DNA of 63,615 bases, the filler included, from Hyphochytrium catenoides (lineage: Eukaryota > Protista > Hyphochytriomycota), in NCBI GenBank assembly GCA_900088475.1. It is 10 parts of 10 records of this genome, joined end to end, with 100 filler letters (N's around TTAATTAATTAA, not from the genome) between each part and the next. Parts side by side here need not be neighbours in the genome. Positions count along the whole stretch, not along the records: positions 31,244 to 48,957 come from FLMG01002636.1; positions 49,058 to 55,334 come from FLMG01003709.1; positions 55,435 to 60,704 come from FLMG01004079.1; 7 more parts are not named here. One strand, 5' to 3'. Numbering within the stretch: position 1 is the first letter of the stretch; every line of letters starts with the position of its first letter. This document shows, piece by piece, positions 48,342 through 60,572 of this stretch. A program made the position numbers and the translations under genes. The notes under the pieces were generated by a model, which was not told where the DNA came from, did no database searches, and saw nothing but the letters and a program-made list of their open reading frames with translations.

Positions 48342-48406
48342 TTCCCCGCATACCTAGCTTCTCTGAATTGTCAGTAGTGGTGGCGGTCCTCATACTGTCC
48401 TCTCAC

Positions 48407-48957
48407 TCACGCTCTCCCCCAAGACGAAGCTAGGTAGGCTGTAGTAGCAATAAGAGTACCGGTATCAGAAGGACAGACCCCAAGAAGAGGCCGCAGCGTG
48501 CGAAAGAGAGGAGTCGCTAAGGGCTTCGTGAGACAATCTGCGACCATGGCTGCAGAGGGAGTATAAACCAGCTTAATGCTCCCATGGGCTACCTTCTCTT
48601 GCAGGACACAGTGCTTGACATCCAGTGTCTTTGACTTTGGTCGAGGAGAAGAGCAGGACACAGTGTTAGTGCGACGCGGGCCCATCTATTAGTTGGGGTT
48701 TTGGATCTTCGACTGGAGCTGGAGTCGCGTCGTGGGCTTCATTTAGTATCTCAAAGAGTATGTCGACATCCTCGGGTGGAGGTGATGTTTCGACGTATCC
48801 GTTCTGGTTCTCGTTGAATGCGACATCACGCCTTTCAATGATTCTCTTTGTCTCTGGATCATATAAGCGATACGCTTTTGAATGACTGCGTAACCCACGA
48901 AGACACTGTTATAATGTATGGGATTTGAAGACACTCTTATTTAGGTTATGTGGTCTA
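48407..48957 (-). pseudogene. Internally deleted Copia pol: integrase SH3 region joined to the RNase H C-terminus
   Basis: VFVGY / KAYRLYDPETKRIIERRDVAFNE, then KTLDVKHCVLQEKV..IKLVYTPSAAMVADCLTKPL. Confidence 0.85.
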
Positions 48958-49057
48958 NNNNNNNNNNNNNNNNNNNNNNNNNNNNNNNNNNNNNNNNNNN
49001 NTTAATTAATTAANNNNNNNNNNNNNNNNNNNNNNNNNNNNNNNNNNNNNNNNNNNN

Positions 49058-49334
49058 ATCACGAGGTTCTGCGCTACCTGGAGGCGTACGCCAAGGCCTT
49101 TACTCTAGAGGAGATGATCAGGTTTGGATGCACAGTGGTAGAGGTGAAGAGACTTGGAGAGAGAGAGAGAGAAGACGGAGAGAGGGAAGAAGAGGAAGAG
49201 ATAAGGAGAGGAAGATGGCTGGTCCGGGTTCTCTGCGGAGAAAAGGTAAGAGGATACTGACTTGAAGCTTCTTTTCTTGTCTCTCTTCATTGGGGCACTG
49301 TCTTCGTGTCTCTCTTGTTTGCTTTTCCTCTATA

Positions 49335-49379
<45 letters not shown>

Positions 49380-49828
49380 TTTCTTTCTCTCCTCCCTCTC
49401 TGTTCCCTCTCCTTCTCTGTCTTCTTTCTGCCCCTCGCCGGACTGTCTATTTCTCTTCCTTCTCTCTGTCTCTCTTCCTGTGTCTCTCTCTGTCCACCTT
49501 CTCGCACTTCCTCTCTTTCCTTTTGCGCTTAATTCCTCTCTCGTTCTCTTTCCTTTTTTTCCCAGCTCTCTCTCTCTCTCCCCTCTCTCGCTCCTCTGCT
49601 TTCTTACCTCTTCGTCTCGGCTGTCTCTCCTCTCCCTAAAAGAAGGTGCTACCCCTTGCTCTACCTCTCTCTCTCTTTTCTTTCTTCCTCTGACTTGAAC
49701 GTCTCTCTTCTGTGGCAAAGGAAGTGACGGAGCGGTTTGACGCCGTGGTGGTGTGCAACGGCCACTATTATAAGCCATACATACCACACATACTGGGCCT
49801 GGACTCCTTCCCAGGTTTGGGGCACACA

Positions 49829-49861
<33 letters not shown>

Positions 49862-49944
49862 CCCTCTCTCTCTCCCTCTCTTCTCTCTCTCTCGTCCCTC
49901 TCTCTCTNNNNNNNNNNNNNNNNNNNNNNNNNNNNNNNNNNNNN

Positions 49945-49979
<35 letters not shown>

Positions 49980-51792
49980 CCCCCCGCCCCCTCTCTCTCT
50001 TCTCTCTCTGCCTGTCTCTATCGCCTGCTCTCTCTCTATATCAGGGGGAAGCCGTCTCTTTCATATGAACTCTTCTTCACCTCTCGCCTTTCCTCTACAT
50101 GCGCTGTCTGACCTGGCGACCTGCTCATCTCTGGAGAGAGGGACACAGAGAAAATCTCTCTTCTCAACCGACCCTTCTGCATATCCTCTGTTTCTGCTGT
50201 TCTCCTCCTTCTCAGGCCGCGTCCTTCATGTCAATCACTATCGAAGCCCCAAACCCTTCCGCGATAAAGTGAGCGCACCTTCACTCTGTCTCGCACAATC
50301 CTCTCTCCTATCTGTGCATCTTCTCAACATTCCGTCCGTTATGTTTTCTATCTCCTCTCTCGTCTTACCTTAGCATTTCTTCCTTTATCTCCTCCTTCTT
50401 TCTTTCTCTGCCACCCGTGGTTATTGTCTCATCTCTGAGGCTCTTGCTCTTACATTATTTCTCTCTCTTTTTTGGGGCCTGCATCTCTCACCCGTACCTC
50501 TTTCTTCCCCGTTAGTCTGTTATAGTCGTGGGTGGAGGATCATCTGGGGTGGACATCTCTCGAGAACTATGTGGAGAGGCAAGGCGCACCTTTATTTCTC
50601 TGAAGGATCCCAACTCAATGGGAGACATAGGAGAGAGTGTCGACAGTTTGGGTCTGACCTCAAAAGACAGAGCAACAGAAAGAGCACGAGTGGTGAAGAG
50701 ACCTGCAATCGAAGAAGTGAGAGGACGGAAGGTGACCTTTGAAGATGGCAGTGAAGGTGAGAAGACCTTGCTTCTTCCTCTATATTTCGTTTGGATCGTT
50801 CTTACTTGGAGTGTCCCATTCTCTTTCTCTCTCTTTCCCTCTGTCTTTATCTTTCTCTGTTTCTGTTGGTCGTACTAGTCATTGCTCCCAGTCTCTTTTG
50901 TTCGTAAACCTCCCAATCTTCATGCTCTGCACTCCGTTGTTGTCGAGGTCTCGCTATTCATTCTCTCTCTGTCTTCTTATTGGCACGGGCTCCTTACAGA
51001 TTCTGACCACACTGTCTCTCTTTCCCAACATAAGAAGTAGACGTCGACGCTATCGTCTTGGCTACAGGTTATCTTTATGACTTCCCTTTTCTCTCAGACC
51101 CAGAGCTCCAACGACGTCTTGTCGGAGAGGAGGGAAAAGGCGTAGCACATTTATATGACTATGTCTTCTATAGAGAAGATCCCACTCTTGCCTTCATCGG
51201 CCTGCCGCTCAAGGTGGATCCGTTTCCTCTCTTTGAAATGCAGGCACAATGGATTGCTAAGGTCTACTCAGGGCAAATCCCTCTGCCATGTCGGGTAAGG
51301 AGGACAAAAGCTTCCCATGTCGCCGCTTTTCGAACGTAGCTCTACGTTCACACCGCTTCGGCTGTGTCCCCTCTTACGCTGTCGGCTCAGTTATTGTCCG
51401 CGTCCCTCATTCCTCAGCCATTGCTCCTCTCATTTCTCTCTGCCTTGCTTGGCTCCACATCTCTCTCTTTCCTTTACGATGTGCAGGAAGGAATGGAGAA
51501 AGAGGAGCATGAAGTGCATGATGGCTATGTGGAGCTCGAGAAAGACCGAATGGTACGTCATGGTTGCTGGATGGGTTGAGCTGCACTTCGCTTACCGCAA
51601 TAGACCTTTTGTCCTCCTCTTCCGAACCTTTCTCTCTCTTCTCCCTCCCTCTTTTCCTAGACTCTAGGTCCCAGACAGTATGACTATTGGGACCGCATAG
51701 GGAAGCGGTTAGGGCTGCCGCCAGTGGCCTTGGAGCGAAAGCTAAGAAAGCAATCTGTGGGAGAGATAAGAAAGAGCGCACTAGGCCTATAA
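49058..51792 (+). CDS. Flavin-containing monooxygenase (FMO GS-OX-like), 5' truncated, 7 visible exons
   Basis: HEVLRYLEAYA, FDAVVVCNGHY..P.IP..GLDSFPG|RVLHVNHYRSPKPFRDK (FxGxxxHxxxY), VIVVGGGSSGVDI, DAIVLATGYLYDFPFL and PTLAFIGLP..PFPLFEMQAQW. The last two exons and the stop are less certain. Confidence 0.9.
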
Positions 51793-54606
51793 ATAGAGTA
51801 GAGATCAAGGAAGACCCAGTGGCACTGAAAAGATTAGGAGAACCTGTATAGCTTTGTCGCAATGGGAACCCAAGACCGCCCAAATAAGGAACAGCGACAA
51901 CTTAGAGCCTCCATCCCTTGTCGAAGAGCTCATAAGAAGGCAGAGCTGACGTGGTGGAAGAGGATGCCAACAAGTCGAGGGGCTCAACAAGAAAGGGGAA
52001 GTCATCTGTCTTTGATAGAAGAGAAGGCCAATGTCGGTCGTGGCGCGCAGCTGGGCTCGTCCCGGTTCAGCTTAGTTCACATGAGGCGGCGAAGGGGAAA
52101 GATCGTGAGTTTAAAATAGACAGATTTTATCCTCTTGGTTGACCATGTCCACAAGGGCTATGGGCGCTTGTTCTATGGTCTCTGCAGCGTGAAGCCTTTG
52201 ATTTATGGAGCGATTCTTGTTTGAACCTTGAACTCGCAGCCATCGTAAGTAAGCTAGCAAGCATGCCGAGCATCAACGCATTCTCCACATCGCATGGACC
52301 TGTGCCCTAAGCCCTTAACACCATTAGGGGAAATAAGACGAGCAGTCTTGAAGCCACCTACAAACTGCAAGCGGGGAAAGTTTATCAAGAGCCAGTATAT
52401 CACTCGGCACGTGAAACATGCTCCATCGTCTATTCGATCAACCTTCCAGAGAGGGTTCGAACGACACCAGGCAAGGTCAGGTCCAAAGAGGGTTCGAACG
52501 ATCACGAGGGAAAGGATGAAGAAAACGAGCATGGGCAGAAACGCTTAAGAGCTGACCTACGGAACCTGCTCTTCAATTGAGCAAGGATTTTGCGGAAGCT
52601 ATCCTGCATCGCCGAAGCGGCTTCGCTCCAGGTAGCAGGAAAACGGTGTCACTGCAGCTGATTGCCCAGCAGGAGATCTTAGATTTTATTCATCGATATC
52701 GTGCTGGTGTGATGCTGTCACAAGCGGAGGTCTCCAACCGCGAGAAGCGTGCCTGCTGACCCGGCCGTTACTAGGGGTATCCCTGACTGGATATCGACGT
52801 GGATGACAAATTCTTCTAACAACGCATCAAGTACACACTAAAATAAAAGTGTTCGTTCTATATCATCGTTCTCACTTGCGCAAGTCATCACACAGAGATA
52901 GATAGTCCTCTTAGGGTGACAAGGAGTTGAGAAACGACAGCTGCCATCTCCGTGTCTTGAGCTATATCTGAGCACTCGAATGCGTCGTCAGAGCATGAGT
53001 CTTCCAGTAGACCCCTAAGCGGATAGGCCGACACCAGATTCTCCATCTCCACCACGGTAGGGCGCTCGGGAAGTCAGCGTGAACAACATAATAGAATACT
53101 CAGCCCGCGTACGTGTGAGCAGAAATTCTGCTATAACTATATGAAATCTGCAAGGTATCTGCTGCTGGATAAAGAAATGCGAGAGGCTGCTGGAGCTACA
53201 AGCTACGTAGTAGTAGCGGTTTCTCTCTCTCTCTCTCTCTCTTCTCTCTCTTTCTTCTCTTCTGGTCTCTCTCTTTCTCTTTCTTCTCTTCTGATCTCTC
53301 TCTTTCTCTTTCTTCTCTTCTGATCTCTCTCTTTCTCTTTCTTCTCTTCTGATCTCCCTCGTTCTCTTTCTTCTCTTCTGATCTCTCTCTTTCTCTTTCT
53401 TCTGTTCTTACCTTCTCTCTCTTCTTTCTACCTCTCATACAGACATGTAGGCCTAAAGAAGGAGTATAAATACTGTTCGGTACAAGATAAAAGAAAAGCA
53501 AGACCTGACGTGAAGAGGAAGAAAAAAAGGGTACCTCATTTAATCCTTCTTTGAGCACCACCGACGAAGGGTAGGTAGAGGGTAAGAGAAAGAAAGCACC
53601 CACCGCTGCTCAGGGTGAAGCAGCTATGGTACCAGCGCAAGGAGCTGTAGTAGTGGGAAAAAAGAAAGGGAGAGGCTACCAGTTCGAAGAGGAGGCAAGC
53701 AAGGGTGCGGTGGGGCTTGGCGGCGACTACTACAGGTACAGTCTTTTTCCTCGTGCGTTGTAGGCGAGGTATAGTCGACTGCGGCGCACCGGCTGTGAAT
53801 GAAGCTGAAGGAGAAGATGAAAGTTGGCCATTGTGAATAGTAAAGGAGGGCTCCAGCCTCCAAATGACGGTGATCTATTATGGTAAAGATGTGATAAAAG
53901 TACAGCATAGAGTATATACCTGTAAACCCATGCTTCGGGATGGGAAAAGGCGTCGTGCGCATTTTGGGATTGTAATAACTGGAGGGGAGTGGAGAACTAC
54001 ACAGGCCGAAATGAGGTAGGGGAGGGGACAAATACATTATTTCCCACAATAATACAATGTAGAGTGTCTGGAGCTTCCTTTTTGAAGCTATTTTGAAGCT
54101 TTGTACAGTAGAACTCGTAGAACTATGAAAAACTATGAAGCTGCAGCTCTCTCTCCAGACAAAGATCGGAAAATTATGGAATATGGTCATTCATCCCTGA
54201 TAAGAACAGTTGCATCGTGAATAGACGAATTTGGGAAGGTAACCAAATACTGGTAACCGAGTGGTTACCGCAGCATGATTTAGAAATCAGTTTATTAGTG
54301 ATCAACAGGATGATAACTGATAGCTGCAGGTGATATGTGATATCTATTTGAGCTGTGATGTCAGTGCCGAAACTTCTGGGAATTTACGGCACGGTACCCA
54401 CTCCCAATCCCCACTTCGCCTAAGGATTAACCGCCCGGGCATCTTCGCGTTATAAAATAGTACGTAGAACGAAGGAACCCATCTGAACGTTAGCCGCATT
54501 GACTATCTAGCCCTCTCCCACTTTCGCTGTCTTCTGCTCTCTTTCTCCCCTATCTCTCTCTCTCTCTTTCTCTCTGTCATACTTCTATCTGCCTCTCTAC
54601 TTCCCA

Positions 54607-54664
<58 letters not shown>

Positions 54665-54925
54665 CTCTCTCTTGTGTTCTTCTAGCTCGCTCTCTCCTTC
54701 CCTGACTTCATCCTCATTCTCATCCCTTGATCTTTCTCTTTCTTTCTCTGTCTCTCTATCAACTTCTTTGTTCCTCCATCTCTGTCTCTTCCTGTCTCTG
54801 GCATTGTGTTTCACCAGCTTGTTCTGCCATCCTCCTCTTTCTCTTTCTCTCTCTCTCTCTCTNNNNNNNNNNNNNNNNNNNNNNNNNNNNNNNNNNNNNN
54901 NNNNNNNNNNNNNNNNNNNTCTCTC

Positions 54926-54963
<38 letters not shown>

Positions 54964-55193
54964 TCTCTCTCTCTCTCTCTCTTTGTTCCTAACGTTTCTC
55001 GTAGGTTGATCTCCCAGATTCCGTCAAGAAGAGACGAGGAGGAAAAGACAGAGGTGACTCTCTCTTCCTTGTCATTCATTCTTCTTTCCTCCTCCTGCGA
55101 CAGAGCAGGACGGGTCTCTAGCCACTGGGGCCAGGTATCCATAGACAGAGTCGAACTAGGACTGTGAGAAAGTTAGCGATAAGTTTGAACGAG

Positions 55194-55334
55194 ATGGCAA
55201 CCAAGGCGAGGAAGAAGACACAGTGGAAGCGCTTCGATGCGCCGGTGGGAGTCAGCTACAGCGCGCAGTTTGAGACAGAAGAGGCGGCTCCAGTGATGGA
55301 TCCTGTCTACTTTGAGAGCGGCGTGGATAGCCAA
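55194..55334 (+). CDS. Probable first exon of an unidentified gene, cut by the linker
   Basis: ATG-started complex frame MATKARKKTQWKRFDAPVGVSYSAQFETEEAAPVMDPVYFESGVDSQ, open to the scaffold end. Confidence 0.45.
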
Positions 55335-55465
55335 NNNNNNNNNNNNNNNNNNNNNNNNNNNNNNNNNNNNNNNNNNNNTTAATTAATTAANNNNNNNNNN
55401 NNNNNNNNNNNNNNNNNNNNNNNNNNNNNNNNNNCTCTCTCTCTCCCTCTCTCTCTCTCTCCTAG

Positions 55466-55697
55466 TCGGGACATTCTACCAGTTAGCCTCCATCGTCCCA
55501 GGAGACGAAGGGACAGCGTATCTCTCTCTCGGTTTCCAAGGCTCTGCTCTCCTCGTACTCTGGCTCGCGATTATCTCTGGTTTCCAGGAGCACGCGGTGA
55601 AGCCTTCGCAGGGAGAATACAGCGCTTTCTTTCTTCTCTCTGGCCTCCTCGGCGCCCTCGGCATCCCTGCCTTTCTCTACCTGGACCTACGGTGCAA

Positions 55698-55732
<35 letters not shown>

Positions 55733-56171
55733 GAGAGAGAGAACAGAGTACAAGGAGAGAAAGAGGTTAGAGAGAGAGAGAGAGAAGAGAAAGAAAGAGG
55801 GATTCGGGATATAGATAGATCTATAGAGTGGGAAGAGAGAAAGAGGGAAAGAGGAGGGAAAGAGGGGAGGGAGGGAGAGAAAGAGAGAGAGGGAGAGAGA
55901 AGAAAGAGAAAGTTAGAAGAGAGCAAGAACGAGAGCAAGAAAGAGAAGTAGCGAGAGAGAAAGAGAGAGTCCAAAAGTGAAATTGCGCAGGAACTTGGCA
56001 GTTCTGCTAACCAAGAGGCCTGCTCCCCCTGTCTCTCTTCCCGGCTGCCCATTCGCCCTCTCTCTTCTGTCCCTCTCTCTTTTCTGTTTCCATTTCTTCC
56101 TCCCTTTTCTACGTCTCTCTCTCTTTCTCTTTCTGCGTCCCCTCTCTGGCTTGTCTCTCGGTATTTCTTTA

Positions 56172-56213
<42 letters not shown>

Positions 56214-56244
56214 GTCTTTCTCTCGTGTCTCTCGTCTCTTGCGT

Positions 56245-56293
<49 letters not shown>

Positions 56294-57752
56294 GGACTAT
56301 CGCTCAGCGCTAGACGCTCACAACAGCAGCAATCGCTCTCTCGTGGGGAACGGTCAGGGCCTTTGCGGGACAAAGCCTAAGAAAACAATGAGACTCGGAG
56401 GGACAACCGCGGAAGAGTATTCCGTTCCTCTTCTGCAAGAAGAGAGAGAGAGAGAGACAGTTGTAATGGAGAGAGAGGGAGAGAGACAGGAAGAGAGAGG
56501 GAGAGAAGACGAAGAAAGACTCTCCCCCTCAGCAGCGGGTGAGGTGCCTGGCTCTTACAGGACTGTCTTCTCTTCGATTCGTCTCTCTCTCTCTTCTCTC
56601 TTCATGGCAATTTTCTGCTCTGTGGTGATTCTCCCTTTCTACACTTACATCGACTCTTCCTCGCACAATCCTCTCCTCCCCTCCGAGCTCTTCTACGCGA
56701 AATGCATTAGTGACATGGTCGCGAGGCCGCTCTCGGTGTATGATGTGTAAGTTTGTATGCCTTCTCTCTCTCTCTCTCTCCCTGTCTCTCTTCTCTCTTG
56801 CTCTCTCTGTCTCTTTCTCTCTTCTCTCTCTCTGCCTGTCTCTCTTCTCTCTCCCTCTCTGTCTCTCTCTCTTCTCTCTCTTCTCTCTGTCTCTCTCTGT
56901 CTCTTCTCTCTCTCCCTCCCTCCCTCCCTCTCTCNNNNNNNNNNNNNNNNNNNNNNNNNNNNNNNNNNNNNNNNNNNNNNNCTCTCTCTCTCTCTGTCTC
57001 TCTCTCTCTCTCTGTCTCTCTCTCTTCTCGTGTTGCGCTCTCGGCCCCTATTTCTCTCTCTCTGCATCTCTCTCTCTTCCCCTCCATCCCTGTCCCCCTT
57101 CTTTTTCTCTCTTTCTCTCTCCTCCTCTCTCTCTCTTTGTTTCTCTTTGTTGTTTCTCTTCTATTTACTTTCTCCCGCTGTTCAGCCCTGTCCTGTTCTC
57201 TTCCTCTTCTTTCTCATTCTTCTCTGTCCCCTCTTTCCTCTCTCCTCTATCTCTTTTTGCTCTCCTCTTGCCTTCTTCTCATCTCTCTCCATGTCTCTCA
57301 CCTCTTTTCCCGTCCCTTTCTCTCTCTCTCTTCTCCGTCTCGCTTTCTCTCTCTGTCCTCATTTCGTTTCTTCTCTCTTCTTCTCTCTCCTTTCCTCTCC
57401 GTCACTGTTTGTAACTCTCTCCTTCCGGAGACTCGCTAAAGTTTGCTACTCCGCTTAGCTTTCTTCTTTCTCTACGCTGGCTTTCTCTTTTGTCTCTTCT
57501 CTCTTCTCTTCTTTTTCTTCCGTTCACTTTCCTTTATTTCTTCTCTTCCCTTTTCTCTCCCTTCTCTTCCTCTTCTCTTTCTCTGCCCGCCTCATCCTAT
57601 CCGTCGCGCTCTGCAGTGTTACCTCTCTTTCTGTCTCTCTCTCTTTCTCCTTCATGCCCTCTACTTCATGCCTAGTACTGACCGTCCCTCTCTCTCTCTC
57701 CTTCCTTTCTCTGCTATCCTTTTCCTTCTCTCTCCCTTTCTGTCTTTCTTTC

Positions 57753-57783
<31 letters not shown>

Positions 57784-58084
57784 CCTCCCCCACTCTCTCT
57801 CTCCTTTTCCTCTCTCCCATCTTTTTCTCTCGCCCTTTCTCTTTTTTTCCTCTCTCTCTCTCTTCTCTCCCCCCGCCCCCCGCCCTCCCTCTCTCTTTCT
57901 TTCTCTCTCTCTCCATCTTCAGCTTCTTCACGACGCAGTTTCGTCTCTTTCTTGCGACTCTGTTTCGCTCTCTCTTCGTTCCTTTCTTCTTCATCTACGC
58001 GCTCCATCCCGAGTGGGTCGGAGGAGGAAATGACATCGCGATCATCACGCTCGTCAGCATCTACTCTTTCTTCTCGGGGTAAGT

Positions 58085-58128
<44 letters not shown>

Positions 58129-58168
58129 GAGAGAGAGCAAGAGAGATCGATAGTGTGTACACACACAC

Positions 58169-58228
<60 letters not shown>

Positions 58229-58855
58229 AGAATGTGACAGAAATGAGAGACAGAGAGGATGAGAGAAAGGGAACTCCAGACATTGAGAGAGAGAGAACAC
58301 CACAGGGAGGAGAGCGGAGAAACGACGGAAGAAGAGAGATTGTGGGACGAGAAGAGATTGATCAAAATGACTTGTCTCACTCTCTCCCTCCCTCTCTCTC
58401 CTCCTATTTTTTTTCTCTCTCTCTCTCTCTCTCTCTTCTTGCCCCTGTGCTGTCTTTTCTCTCAGGTATTTTAAGACAATTGCTTACAACCTGGCATCGA
58501 AGGCTGTCAGGTAAACTATTGCTCTCTTTCTTCGCTATCGTCTGTCATTTCTTGATCCATCTCTCTCTCTCTCTCTCAGGCACACTGTCTCTCTCCCTTG
58601 TTTCTCTCTTTTCTTACGGCTATATTTCTGTTTCCTCTTGTACTTTCTCTCTCCCTCTCTCTGTCTCTTCTAGATCACTTCTTTTGCTCCCATCTCTTTC
58701 TCTCTCTCTTTTCTCATCATTCTCTCTCTCTCTCCCCACAGAAATTGTGACCGAGCCTCTGTGGCAAAGATGCTAAACATCACTTTCCAGTCCTCTCTCG
58801 TCGCTGCGATGCTGGTCGGCATCGCCCTCAGATTCACTGTCTTTGACCCGACCGC

Positions 58856-58859
<4 letters not shown>
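55466..58859 (+). CDS. Equilibrative nucleoside transporter (ENT/SLC29)-like membrane protein, 5' truncated
   Basis: Phase-compatible exons 55466-55698, 56295-56746, 57923-58078, 58466-58510 and 58742-58859. Multi-TM with a large central loop, and DMVARPL, FRSLFVPFFF, NDIAII..SFFSGYFKTIAY and RASVAKMLNITFQ fit the ENT TM8-11 pattern. Confidence 0.75.
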
Positions 58860-58902
<43 letters not shown>

Positions 58903-59056
58903 AAGAAAGAAGAAAAGAGTCAAAGGAAAGAGTGACACGATAAGGAAAGAAAGGAGAATGACCTGCTATCGGTCTGATATAATGCTGTTATAAAGGAACA
59001 AACCACTTTCTNNNNNNNNNNNNNNNNNNNNNNNNNNNNNNNNNNNNNNNNNNNNN

Positions 59057-59090
<34 letters not shown>

Positions 59091-59354
59091 CAGCAAAACA
59101 GAGGATAAGACATGGACTCAAGGATCGGGAAAATGGAGAGAGTCAAACCCCTTTTGATCTTTCAAGAGAGAGAGAGGCACTGTGTTTTTATAAAAGAGTA
59201 ACTAAGAGTTCTGCGGAAGGAAAGGAGAGAAACTGTAGAGGAGAGAGAGAGAGAGAGCCGTGCGTTGACTCCTTTCTGCTTTCTCCTTCTCCGCTTCATT
59301 TCACCTATTGACACTTGAGAAGGAAGACTCTCTCTCTTTCTTTCTCTCTCTCTC

Positions 59355-59729
59355 TCACATTATTAAGCAACTGCTAGCCTCATCAGCTTCTGATCTCTCT
59401 CTTTCTGTCTTTCTCTTTTGTTCTTCTCTCTCTCTTCTCACTCTAAATCCTCTCCATACTGCCTGTATCAAGGTTGCACTCTCTTCTTCTCTCTCTCTCC
59501 TCACAGTGTCCATGCCTTTCCATTCTTTGGCTCTCTCTCTCTCTTCTCTGACGGGAGAGGAAGAGGCGCGAGCCTTTCTCCAAGAAGATTGAATCTCTGC
59601 GGCAGCTCTTCTTCTCTCTTCTTGCTGTTTCTCTTCTAGAGCCGCCTGCTTCTTCCATTGGGCATAGGGAGACTCCTTCTTCAAGAGAGAGAGAGAGAGA
59701 GAGAGAGAGAGCCAGTCAGAGAGAGAGAA

Positions 59730-59761
<32 letters not shown>

Positions 59762-59883
59762 TGATATAGAAAGCGAGAGAATCAAGAGAAAACGACAGCC
59801 AGCAAGAGGCAGTCCTACCGATTTGCCTCTTCCTCCTTTGAAGAATGATTCATCGCTAGATCCCTGGCAGCATGGGCTCCAGA

Positions 59884-59919
<36 letters not shown>

Positions 59920-60188
59920 CTCTCTCTGCCTTCGTCCAGTCTTGAAAGCTCTCTCTCTGCTCTGACTCGGGAACAAGGCGTTGTCTCTGCGGTTGAAGGA
60001 GAGACCGCGCAAGAGAGAGAGTGGCACAGGGAGAGAGAGACGCGTGGAAGAGAGAGACACCGAGAGAGAAACAACTTCTTTGGCTGTGATCCTCGTGCGG
60101 CTGCTGGCTGTCTTTCTTCTGTTTGCCGTGCTCGCAACTTTGAGAGTGAAGGGGAAGTATTGTAAGCTCTTCAGAAGGGCAAACTCCA

Positions 60189-60230
<42 letters not shown>

Positions 60231-60572
60231 TTCTGGTGATCATTCCTTGTCTCCACCTTTCCCGCACCATTTCATCCTCTTTCCCTTCTCTCTCTTTCGC
60301 CTCCTCTCTCTCTCCCCTCAAGCCTTTACTCCATTCTCTCTTTCTCTCTCCCTTTCTCTTCCCTCTTTCTCTCTCTCTTTCCCTCCCAACCTTCTCTCTC
60401 CCCTTCCTTCTCTGTCTCTCTCTCTCTTGTTCTCTTTGTGATGGACAAAATACGCCAATCCTCGGATCTTTGAATGCGCTACCTCATAGATAATACCAGA
60501 CAGGGAAATGAATTGATAGTACCCATCATTAAAGAAGTCTATATATTGGGAGAATGCGCTATTCTGAGGGAT
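59355..60572 (-). CDS. 3' part of an IQ-motif (calmodulin-binding) protein; exon structure uncertain
   Basis: Terminal frame with AAAEIQSSWRKAR and SATLIQAVWRGFRVRR. Probable upstream exon NSAFSQYIDFFNDGYYQFISLSGIIYE with AG/GT borders at about 60484-60572. Confidence 0.6.

Noticed and set aside
49156-49172. Phase-variable frameshift in the coding (GA)n of the FMO exon
   Set aside because: Counting the bases shows the frame is intact (LGEREREDGE...GRWLVRV).
55194-55698. Joining the MATKARKK exon to the ENT-like exons as one gene
   Set aside because: They lie on different scaffolds separated by a linker; nothing supports continuity.
56693-58033. Many long S/L/F-rich or E/R-rich ORFs in the track (here and throughout)
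   Set aside because: They are translations of (CT)n/(GA)n tracts, which lack stop codons, and they lie in introns of genes with coherent exon chains.
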